Positions 13,101 to 22,824 of a stretch of DNA of 64,000 nt are shown here, piece by piece. The position numbers and the translations under genes were made by a program. This DNA comes from Hypanus sabinus (Eukaryota): contig NC_082710.1 of the NCBI RefSeq assembly GCF_030144855.1, forward strand, positions 150,164,001-150,228,000, in the 5' to 3' direction. Position 1 is the stretch's first letter; each line of letters opens with the position of its first letter. A model generated the notes under the pieces. The model had not been told where the DNA came from. It saw nothing but the letters and a program-made list of their open reading frames with translations, and searched no databases.

Positions 13101-16100
13101 AGGATCACAGAGAGTCAGGGGTCGAAGGGCCGGAGGAAGTTAGAGTGTGAAGGAGGGACAGGAATGGAAGGAGTTACAAACCAGAATGGGGGATCTCAAA
13201 TCCACCCGGTTGTACCTTTTGCCGGAGTTGTTTATTCCGTTATCTTGCACCAAACCTTACCTAGGTTTGCCGTATCCCAGTAGGACGTGAGCATTGCTCC
13301 TGAAAGTATCACCACCTGTAGTAATATCTCCACTATCAGGTTTCTCCCCCACACAGAGACCGAGCTGTCAGAACTTCCTGTTGAGACACGGAAATCGATA
13401 AACTGGTTTATTATTGTCATTTCCTCAGAGCTACAGTGAAAAACACTGTTTTGCTCGCCATCCGTACAGATCACTACATTACTACAGTGCATGGAGTAAC
13501 GTGTACATTGGAAAACAATCTCTGGCTGCAGAGTAAGGTGCTACAGAGAAGGTGCAGTGCAGGCAGGGAGGAAACCTGGGGGAAAGCCACTCAGTCACAG
13601 GTAGAACGTGTAAACTCCACACAGGCAGCACCGGAGCTCGGAAGACAAACCAGATGGGAAGTGTTGGAATCTGGACCGATGCTAGAAGAACTCCCCTTGT
13701 CAGGTAGCATCTGTGGAGGCTAAATGTTGAAAGTTGATTGTTTGAGTCAAGACCGGGCATCAGGACTGAGAGGGGACATGATAGCCGGAGGAGTTGTGAG
13801 GGAGGAATAGAAGTTGGTGAGTGATAGCTGGACTTACTGCCCACTGGTATGAACAATGAACTTCCCAGTTGTCACATAACCCACAGCTCCCCACCCCCAC
13901 CATGCTCTCCCAACAGCCATTTGTCCACCTAGTTCTGTTCTCCCTTTCTTCAGTCTTCCCATCCTTTCATTCACCTGGTTCCACCTCTCGCCCAGCAGCC
14001 TCTGCTTCCATCTGCCCACACTCCACATGGATAGTCCCAAGCCCAGTTACAAAGGGAGGAAGGTTGGGTGCTGGGCGAGCAACCCCTATAAAAAAACCCA
14101 GTGCTACAGAGAGGGCAACAGAAGCTCCAAAGACCACATCCCTGGGAGAAGAAGCACGAAGGTGGCTACACACGGGGAGAAGCTGAACGACTGGCTCAGG
14201 ACAGAGGACTCTGGCGAGCTGCTGCCAGTGGCTTATGCCCCGACAGAGAGGAAGGGCTTACGAAGACCCTCTCCTCCCCACCTGGATCCACCTGTCACCC
14301 ACCAACCTCTGTCAAATGCTCCTCTATGCTCTATATACTTCTATACCTGATAAATACTGGCAACCTTCCCTATCCCCTCTCAGTCCCGACACAGGGTCTT
14401 GATCTCAAACATCGACCTACTCTATGCTTCCTGACTTGCTGAGTTCTTCCAGCATTGTGGTCTCTTGCAGCCGTGGCCAGGGTCAAACCAGATCTAGGGA
14501 GTGCTGCTTCTAGCTGTGCCACTGGGAGGTAAACCCACAGGGTATTTGAACTGGAAATTCAATCCAGCAAAGCACAATTCTACCCTGACCGGTGATGCCT
14601 AATGAGCACCAGTGTTGCCATAGCCTTCCTGGTTCTAAGTCTAGTACCCAGGAAAGGAAGCCCGCAGTCCCATCCTAGGATCTCACTTGAACACGGGGGC
14701 AGTCCTTGACATGTCTTTGGCTCCCTATGCCATCTGGGAAAATAGGATGGATAACACAATATACTCCCTAACCAGATCCCAGAACTACTTCTAAAGAGTT
14801 CTTTCCTGATCTTTGCCAGATTACTGGCCTCTCCTGTGCTGTGTCTATCTGAGACTCGATAAGAAGTGAGTAATCCACAGAAAAGTGGCGCATTAGACGG
14901 ACGCTAATTCAGTTGAAACGACCAGTGTTTTTATCAAAAACACTACAGATACTTGTTTTCCAATCTGAGGGTCTGAAGGAAGCTCTGCAGAAACTGGTCC
15001 GAGGGAGCCACCCAGTGGTAAGAGCCTTCAATTACATCAGCAGCATTTCACAGTAACCATCCCTGTGGAGAAGCAGCCAGTTTGTGCGCAGAGGAAGGAC
15101 GCGCAGACATAAATGAAGAACAATCGTGTGGTGGGCTTTGGGGGTTGGCTGGGACTGAAACTTGCTGGGTGGAGACCGAGTGTCTGAGGGAAGGGTTTGG
15201 AATTGGAACTGGTTTAGTATTGTGACATGGTCTGAGATTCAGTGAAAAACTTATCTTACATACTGTCCACACAGATCAATTTGTTACACAGTGCATCGAG
15301 GTAGCATAAGAAAGAAAAAACATTGCAGAAGAAAGTGTAAAATCAAGAGAAAGTGTTGTGCAGGTAAACAATAAGTTGCAAGATGGTAATAGGCAGATTG
15401 TGAGGTCGAGTCCTTTTAAGGTCCGCTGTGCTCATTCTATCGGTTAGACAATAGACAGTAGGTGCAGGAGTAGGCCATTCAGCCCTTCTAGCCAGCACCG
15501 CCATTCACTGTGATCATGGCTGATCATACACAATCAGTACCCCGTTCCTGCCCTCTCCCCAAATCCCTTGACCCCGCTATCTATAAGAACTCTATCTAAC
15601 TCCCTCTTGAATGCATCCAGAGATTTGGCCTCCACTGCCTTCTGGGGCAGAGCATTCCACATATCCACCACTCTCTGGGTGAAAAAGTTTTTCCGCATCT
15701 CTGTTCTAAATGACCTACCCCTTATTCTTAAACTGTGGCCTCTAGTTCTGGACTCACCCCTCAGCTTCCTGCCTCCAGCATGTCCAATCCCTTAATAATC
15801 TTATATGTTTCAATCAGATCCCCTCTCATCCTTCTAAATTCCAGTTAGGCTGATGTGTTACCTGTCCTAGAGCATAGCATACCGTCTCCACTCTACCCCA
15901 ACCTCCAGCTTGGTTCATGAGCTCAGGACTTGACCCCCAGTCTCTACCCCTGGGGTGTGACAATCTACCAAGCCACTGTTAACCCTTGGCCTCAGTAGGA
16001 ACTGTCCGTGGGGAGTAGAAGGATGGAATTAGTGGGCAGGCCTGCACTTGGCTAATGCCCAGTGTCTGAGCTGTCAGACATCAGCACCGGCAGAGGCTGC

Positions 16101-18286
16101 TGACTCCAGAGAAAGCCTGCCACAGCGTCGGCAGCTCCTGAGGTCCCGGGTGGGGAGGGTAAGATAATTACTTCACAAACAGATGTGGGTGTTTAGTTGC
16201 AACATTAGCATCTCACTCTCTGTGACCACAGCTATGACTCAGGCATGAAGTCTCTGTGAACATCGGAACAGAGAGCCTAAATGTCTGTCAACACACGTCT
16301 TTCAAACAATCAATGGGCCATAAAGAAGACGTAGCACACAATCAGTCTAATTCTGCTGGTGATTAGATGAGTTAATTTGTTCGAAATATTGTAGAATTAT
16401 ACAGCACAGAATGATGCAACTTGCCCCTGAGAACTCCAATTGCTCCCTACTAAAGCTAACCAACCTCACCCCGCGGTCTTATGACTTCTCTCAATGTCCT
16501 TTTTTGACACTGGCCTGCTGAGTTCCTCCAGCATTTTGTGTGTGTTGTTAACCTCCTCTGCTCCACGGAATACAGACCTAACCTTTCTAGTTTCTCTTCA
16601 AACGGGATTGGAAAAGATGTGCACAGACAGTGTGGCCGGAAAGGACTTTTCCTGTGTTGTTTCTATCTGAGACTCTATAAGAGGCGTATCATTTACAGAA
16701 AATTGGCCCATTAGCGGACGTTAATTCCATTGAAACGAGCAGTGTTTTGTCAAAAAAATGTAAGGTACTCTTTCTGATGTGATGGACTGAAGGAAGCTCT
16801 GGTCCAAGGGAGCCACCCAGTGGCAAGAGCGTTCAATTACATCCAGACCATTGCCGGCCTTCTGTGGGGGAGCATCTTCCAACGAGGATACATTTCGCGT
16901 TCCCTGGCCTTCCTCGTCATCGGTGAAATTCTCATAATGTTCCTTCCCACCTAAGTCTTCTATCACTTCTTTGATACTTACTTTTCCGAAAATGTATCCA
17001 GGTCGTTACGCTGACCGCGATTACAGTCACTGTCAAGGCTTCCCAAACTCGAGGCGACCAGCTCTGTGCACCGTGGGGAATTAACCGCCCTGGGGAATTA
17101 AAACACCAACACAGTCTGGGTCGGAGTTCCTTGAGGTTAGCAGAAGGAGGGCTGGCTCTTTTCAAACATATGAGATCCTAAGGGGGAGATGCTGGGTATT
17201 TCCACCAGTGGTAGAGTCACGAACGAGGGGAAATGGATACAGGATAAGGGTCCGGTCATTTAAAACCGAGGTGTAGAGAACGAGGGTGGGTAATCCCTGG
17301 AATTTGCTGCCCTTGAGGGCGATGGAGTTCAGATCTTGAGGTATTTTTAAGTTGGAGATGGATTCATATTTGAAAAATGGAGGAATCGAGGGTGATGGGG
17401 AACAGGAGTTGAGTGCAGCCCTGATCATGTGGAATGGTGGGGCTGGAGCGGGTTGAGAGGCCGAGTGGATTCACCCTGTTCCCAGTTTCTTGTGTTCTGC
17501 TTTTATTCTTGCTGGCATCTTGGCACAAGGAGTGATTGGTAAATCGGTAAAATTGTTCATTATTGTTACGTGGACCGAATACAGTGAACACTTCGGTTTT
17601 GCGATGCTGAGCCCTGGTCCTCAGCTCAGCCTTCATTTAACCGTCCTTCTCCCCAAGCACAGCTTGTGGGGTCTCATCCCTTTGGAGACCGACACCGTGG
17701 GGCGTCGTGTACCGCGACCACTGGCTGTTCACCCCGCTGCTGCAGCGAGCCCCGCAGCCACTCCGAGATATCCTCAGGTGCGGCGGGGAAACAGGTGATC
17801 CGGAGCCCGGTACGTCGGAACTGGAAGCCTCTCTGTGCTACACAGAGTGGATGGCGCATCACCCTGAAAGGCGGCCTCAGGTTAAACCCAGAACTCATCC
17901 CCATGACAAGCTTTTCAGCGTATCCCGGCACGTGTGACTATAATAAACCGAATCCAACTCCAGAACATATACTGTAATACAAATAAGTCCAAACACTAAA
18001 ATTCCAATTCCGGGGATCTGATCAGCTAGGACTGGGTTTCATTCACCCTGCGGACCGTGGCGTGTGGAGCCGGTAACACAGCAGCTCCGGAACGACGGGG
18101 AGCTAACGGTGGTCGGTTCCCTCAGCATGACGGTCCCGGCACTGAGGAACTGCGAAGGGTCCGACCGGTGACTACACCGCTGCTTCGGGCGAGGTTGGCG
18201 GACTGACAGCCGGGTTTAGGGAACGCGGGCGAGGGATCGAACGGGAACTCACCGGTCGGCTGATTCGGCAGACCCACCGCGTTCAT
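3619..18286 (-). CDS. Butyrophilin-like gene (leader-IgV-IgC-B30.2, no post-Ig transmembrane exon), 7 coding exons, ~454 aa
   Basis: Exons 18286-18253, 13377-13261, 7875-7540, 5684-5400, 4793-4755, 4664-4638, 4145-3619. All introns are GT-AG and phase 1, and the joined frame is open (1365 nt). Ig and PRY/SPRY motifs are typical of the BTN family. The two 5' exons are inferred from splice and phase fit. Confidence 0.85.
4638..4664 (-). CDS. BTN-like 27-nt pre-PRY exon (EWRLIHSFS)
   Basis: tttcatag|AATGG...TCAG|gtgagt; phase 1-1; EW motif typical of BTN linker exons. Confidence 0.8.
4755..4793 (-). CDS. BTN-like 39-nt linker exon (ELLPHTQFYVGKT)
   Basis: tttttttcag|AACTG...ACCG|gtaaga; phase 1-1. 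Confidence 0.75.
5400..5684 (-). CDS. BTN-like IgC domain exon
   Basis: 285 nt, phase 1-1. ALGTKP...YTCRTEGWFPEPALIWKNSEG...VTCIIHN matches the BTN IgC signature (C-x3-GWFPEP-x3-W). Confidence 0.92.
6780..7250 (+). mobile_element. Decayed CR1 3' fragment
   Basis: ccacacatggagtattgtgttcagttttggtc; KVQRRFT..LP. Confidence 0.75.
7540..7875 (-). CDS. BTN-like IgV domain exon
   Basis: 336 nt, phase 1-1. FRVKG..PIVALVGEGAVLNC...VEW...GNVSIRLEGVQASDAGMYQC matches the BTN/MOG-type IgV. Confidence 0.93.
8457..10063 (-). mobile_element. Full-length degenerate Tc1/mariner DNA transposon (IR/DR type)
   Basis: ~215-bp terminal inverted repeats (8457-8671 / ~9849-10063) with internal ttgggaca direct repeats, and TA target duplication (8455-56, 10064-65). 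The transposase is frameshifted, with WSDES and FQQDNARPH motifs (ORFs 9237-9512, 8930-9352). Confidence 0.93.
10167..10984. mobile_element. Solo LTR (818 bp)
   Basis: TGTTA...TAACA termini; 4-bp TSD ATCC (10163-66 / 10985-88); interrupts a CR1 fragment. Confidence 0.85.
11324..11506 (+). mobile_element. Short Penelope-type fold-back element with hammerhead-like core
   Basis: ~57-bp inverted arms (11355-11507) enclosing CTGACGA..GAAACGTC; flanked by a 15-bp direct repeat ACAGAATAAA(C/T)GTAA. Confidence 0.65.
13261..13377 (-). CDS. BTN-like signal-peptide/anchor exon
   Basis: tctcaacag|GA...CTAG|gtaagg; 117 nt, phase 1-1; hydrophobic core LIVEILLQVVILSGAML. Confidence 0.7.
15445..15845 (-). 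mobile_element. CR1 3' fragment
   Basis: Typical CR1 3' UTR with tagacaatagac tail. Confidence 0.75.
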
Positions 18287-18400
18287 CCCTGGGCGCTGAT
18301 ACTGGCTCCAGGCCAGATCGGTGCTCTAATTACTGACTTTATCATCTGACGTCCAGTCCACACCCAGCCACGGTTCACACACACGAGTAACTCTTTCTCG
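17650..18400 (-). promoter_or_regulatory. CpG-rich promoter/first-exon region of the BTN-like gene
   Basis: Visible CpG enrichment around the first exon; CRE-like TGACGTC near 18347; adjacent (CT)n/(CA)n tract. Confidence 0.5.
18253..18286 (-). CDS. BTN-like first coding exon (MNAVGLPNQPT)
   Basis: ATG in a CpG-rich region, followed by a strong phase-1 donor CCG|gtgagt that is in frame with the leader exon. Confidence 0.6.
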
Positions 18401-18429
18401 TATATACACTGAAAGACAGACACACAGCA

Positions 18430-18515
18430 GTCTCTCCCTCTCCCTCCCCCCCTCTCTCTCTCTCCCTCCCTCCCTCCCTCTCCCTCTCCCTCTCTCTCTC
18501 TCTCTCACACACACA
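18430..18515 (+). repeat. (CT)n/(CCCT)n + (CA)n microsatellite
   Basis: Directly visible. Confidence 0.9.
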
Positions 18516-18906
18516 AAGTGCTGGAGGAACTCAGCAGGCCAGGTAGCATCTATGAAAGCGTACAGTCGACTATTCGAGCCGAGACCGTTCGGCAGGATTC
18601 GGAGAAGTCAGCGTAAGAAGGTTGGGGGGGGGGGGCGGGGGGAGGTAGTACAAGGTGGCAGATGATAGGTGAAACGGGAGAGGGTGGTGAAGTGAAGAGC
18701 TGATTGGTGAAAGAGATAAAGGGCTGGAGAAGGGGGAAACTGATGGGAGACAGTAGAAGACGATGGAAGAAAGGGAAGGAGGGGGAGCACCAAATGGAGG
18801 TGGTGGGCAGGTAAGGGGATAAGGTGAGAGGGAATCAGGAAAGGGGGATGGTGAAGGGGGGCAATTACCGGAAGTTCGATAAATCGATGTTCATGGCATC
18901 ACGTTG

Positions 18907-19067
18907 NNNNNNNNNNNNNNNNNNNNNNNNNNNNNNNNNNNNNNNNNNNNNNNNNNNNNNNNNNNNNNNNNNNNNNNNNNNNNNNNNNNNNNNNNNNNNN
19001 NNNNNNNNNNNNNNNNNNNNNNNNNNNNNNNNNNNNNNNNNNNNNNNNNNNNNNNNNNNNNNNNNNN
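18907..19067. other. Assembly gap (161 N)
   Basis: Run of N. Confidence 1.
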
Positions 19068-19504
19068 AACCCTTGGGCAATACCATTGAGTTTTATGCCA
19101 CTCTCCAGGGGTAATAAAATAATAATTCCAAGGAACTGCAAAACACAAAATGCTGGAAACACACGGCGGGTCGGGCAGCGTCTTTGGTGCGAGTGAACGT
19201 CTCAGTTCTGATCATCTTTGACCTGAGACATTAACTGTTTCTCTGCTCAACCCGCTCTTTACCCCCATCACTTTGTGTTCGTGTAAAACACCTGATGCAC
19301 ACAGTTATATTCCGGTCTGTAACTCCCCACCCCAACATAGTTCAATTTTCTATATTTTCTTTCATCGAACCCCTCTTTCTTATACAAAATATCTTTATTA
19401 CAAATTCCGTGCTACGTGTACAAAGCAGCAACTAACACAACCACCACATTACAAATATACAATACACATTAAACTAAAGTGTTTCCATCTCTGTCAATGA
19501 TGGC

Positions 19505-19930
19505 AATAGCCCCCCGCTGGAGCCCAGCGCTTGTCAGGGCGATCGGGCGATGAACGGTGTGAAGAGGGCGGGTGTGCGTATTTGCAGATGAGGCGAAGTG
19601 ATGAGTGAGTGAAGGAGTGGTTGGAGAGGAGGCGGCAGTTCACGGAGGGGAATTAGGCAGGAATGGGAGCTAGAAATTGCGACAGGTAATCCGCCGTTCG
19701 GTGGAGGGGGAGGTTTTCAGCGCTCCGGGTCAAGAGGAGCGGGAGTGGAAACGTCGTGTACCGTAAGGACGAATGTGTGTGAGAGTCCGGAGGTGGGGGA
19801 GCGATGGCCGGGTGGGGGGAGGTGGGGTGGGACATTACGGATCACCCGGGCTTCCTGTCACCGCGGGGTCTCGGAGCGCCAGACAGGGACGGAGAGGGTG
19901 TGTGTGTGTGTGGGGGGGGGGGGGGGCGGG
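19505..19930 (+). promoter_or_regulatory. CpG-rich promoter and probable non-coding exon 1 of the TRIM-like gene (donor CAG|gtaatc at 19685/19686)
   Basis: CpG/GC-rich patch with a GGGCGG box and a plus-strand donor. No long in-frame ATG. Confidence 0.5.
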
Positions 19931-19961
19931 GGAGAGATCCAACAATCTACCAGATACATGA

Positions 19962-20774
19962 AACTGCAGATACTAGAACTGCAACTACTGGAACTGCAGA
20001 TACTGGAACCTGCAGATACTGGAACTGCAGATACTGGATCTGCATCTACTGGAACTGCAGATACTGGAACTGCATCTACTGGAACTGCAGATACTGGAAC
20101 CTGCAGACACTGGAACTGCAGATACTGGATCTGCATCTACTGGAACTGCAGATACTGGATCTGCATCTACTGGAACTGCAGATACTGGAACTGCATCTAC
20201 TGGAACTGCAGATACTGGAACCTGCAGATACTGGAACTGCAGATACTGGATCTGCATCTACTGGAACTGCAGATACTGGAACTGCATCTACTGGAACTGC
20301 AGATACTGGAACCTGCAGATACTGGATCTGCATCTACTGGAACTGCAGATACTGGAACTGCAGATACTGGAACCTGCAGATACTGGAACTGCAGATACTG
20401 GATCTGCATCTACTGGAACTGCAGATACTGGAACTGCATCTACTGGAACTGCAGATACTGGAACTGCAGATACTGGATCTGCATCTACTGGAACTGCAGA
20501 TACTGGATCTGCATCTACTGGAACTGCATCTACTGGAACTGCAGATACTGGAACCTGCAGATACTGGAACTGCAGATACTGGATCTGCATCTACTGGAAC
20601 TGCAGATACTGGAACCTGCAGATACTGGAACTGCAGATACTGGATCTGCATCTACTGGAACTGCAGATACTGGAACCTGCAGATACTGGATCTGCATCTA
20701 CTGGAACTGCAGATACTGGATCTGCATCTACTGGAACTGCAGATACTGGAACCTGCAGATACTGGAACCTGCAG
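19962..20774 (+). repeat. 15/16-bp minisatellite (CTGCAGATACTGGAA and variants), roughly 53 units
   Basis: Directly visible tandem array with variant units CTGCATCTACTGGAA, CTGCAGATACTGGAT and a 16-mer. Confidence 0.97.
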
Positions 20775-20912
20775 CAACCAGTAAAGTGCCGAGGGAACTC
20801 AATGGTTTGAGCAGCATCTGAGAGGGCTGGTGACGCTTCCGGATAAAACCCTGCCTGAGGACTGGTAGTGTGGGGGGAGGGAGGGAGACAGTCCTAGATA
20901 TCCCCTCCTTTA

Positions 20913-21450
20913 GAACATAGAACATGGAAATCTACAGCACATTACAGGCCCTTCGGCCCATAATGTGGTGCCAACCATGTAACCTACTCTAGAAACTGCC
21001 TAGAATTTCCCTAACACATAGCCCTCTGCTTTTCTAAGCTCCATGTACCTGTCTAAGAGACTCTTAAAAAGACCCAATTGTATCCACTTCTACCACCACC
21101 ACCAACAGTGCATTCCACACACTCACCACTCTCTGAGTGAAAAACCTACCCCTGTCATCTCCTCTGTACCTACTTCCAAGCACCTTAAAACTTTCCCCCT
21201 CGTGTTAGCCATTTCAGCCCTGGGAGAAAGCCTCTGACTATCCACACAATCAAATCCTCTCATCATCTTTCACAGCTCTACCAGGTCACCTCTCAATCTC
21301 CGTTGCTCCAAGGGGAAAAGGCCGAGCTCACTCAACCTATTCTCATAAGGCACGCTCCTCAATCCAGGCAACATCCTTGTAAATCTCCTCTCACTCTCTC
21401 TATCCACATCCTTCCTCTAGTGAGATGACCAGAACAACCTGGGACAGGCC
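20913..21450 (-). mobile_element. CR1 3' fragment
   Basis: agaacatagaacat tail; homologous to the 34000 and 46274 copies. Confidence 0.8.
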
Positions 21451-21605
21451 TCACAAGGGCCTGGGGTTTTACAAATCCTTGAGTTTTTGGACATCACACA
21501 CCTCCTTGTCACATGTTTCCTTTTTCCCTGATGAAAGCTTCAATACCCTTCCTACTTCTACCCTAACTAGTCCATATTTCTTATACATTGTGTGTGTGTG
21601 TGTGT

Positions 21606-22405
21606 TGTCACGTACCCCGTGACAGGTTAAAGAACCAGCAGAATTGGAAAGCACATTGGGGTCTGGTATTACTATAAACTAATAGTGTTTATAAGTAACT
21701 AAGCAATACAGTAATATAAATGCAGATATATTGAACAGGTCAGAAATGATATATATATACACACACACATAAGTGTGGAAATAGGAACAAAACTCGGCTC
21801 TTTCAAACCTAGGGGTGGATGGATGTAGTCTTACGAAGATGAAGAGAGTTCAGTTCAATTTGAGGTAGTTAGTTGAGTCGCGTTGGAAAGAGAGAGAGAG
21901 GTGAGAGGTGAGCTGATGTCGTTGATCTTCCCGTTGTCTTTTGAAATCCCATTGAAGTCACCGACTGTGACCATAACACGTGCGACCATTCTTTAGTGAT
22001 GGAATTATCACCCAGGCAAGGGTGGACACACAAATAATTCCCCACTGGTGGCACCTTTTTCACACCGTGAGAGCCACTGATCTATTTCCCTGAATCGATC
22101 CTCCAAAAACCCACCTTCATGTGGGCACAACAAAGCTCGTCTAAAACCGTGAGTCTGTGTTTATCGGCGGACCTGGCATTTTATCTCCGCGTGCTGGACA
22201 CCAGCTGTCCATCAAGCTGCTCCGCCCTCCTCTCTCTGTAAGAACTTTACAAGCAGGTAAGTGTCCTTGCGGAAAGGTAAACAACTTGTACAGAAACCAT
22301 AACATCAATCTTTCGAGCAGTCTCTGTCTCTCTCAATAGCAGCACAGTTCATAGGGTCAATTCTGGATCCCGTCACAACCTAGGGTCATTTCTGGCCCTG
22401 TCACA
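21606..22405. mobile_element. Solo LTR (800 bp), related to the LTR at 10167
   Basis: TG...CA termini; TSD GTGT; shared end TGT(T/C)A(T/C)GTACCCCGT(A/G)AC. Confidence 0.75.
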
Positions 22406-22824
22406 GTGTGTATTCTACATAGTTGCATGCTCATGAGGTTCAGGTGGAGATTCTGTATGCCTGTGTGTTGTAAAGCATATGCATATATACTGTACCACTG
22501 TACTTACGTTGGCTCTGCTGTTTGCTTGGGAAGAACCTATGAAGTAAATTGGTGAGAATTTTCCCTAGTTCCTGAAGCACGGCCACTAATTTTACAGGAT
22601 CGCCCTATATATTCCAAGAATTGACAAATAAACTGCTGACTTTTGCAGGGTCTAACATCCCGAAGAAAGAAGGTCATAGAGACAACAATGTTCCTTCTTT
22701 GTGTACTGTTCATTGTGAGGTGGGAAGAAGACAGATGGTTAGGCTGCCCATTGGGAAGTCTCTGGTTGGGTAATGGAAGGCTTGCTGACCTTCCCATTGG
22801 TCTGTGCATGGACTCTCTGGACCA

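Noticed and set aside
18824-19162. ORFs containing X runs
   Set aside because: Artefacts of the N gap.
19745-20821. 358-aa and 326-aa ORFs; CRISPR-like appearance
   Set aside because: They are products of a stop-free 15/16-bp minisatellite that cycles through frames. There are no unique spacers and the context is eukaryotic.
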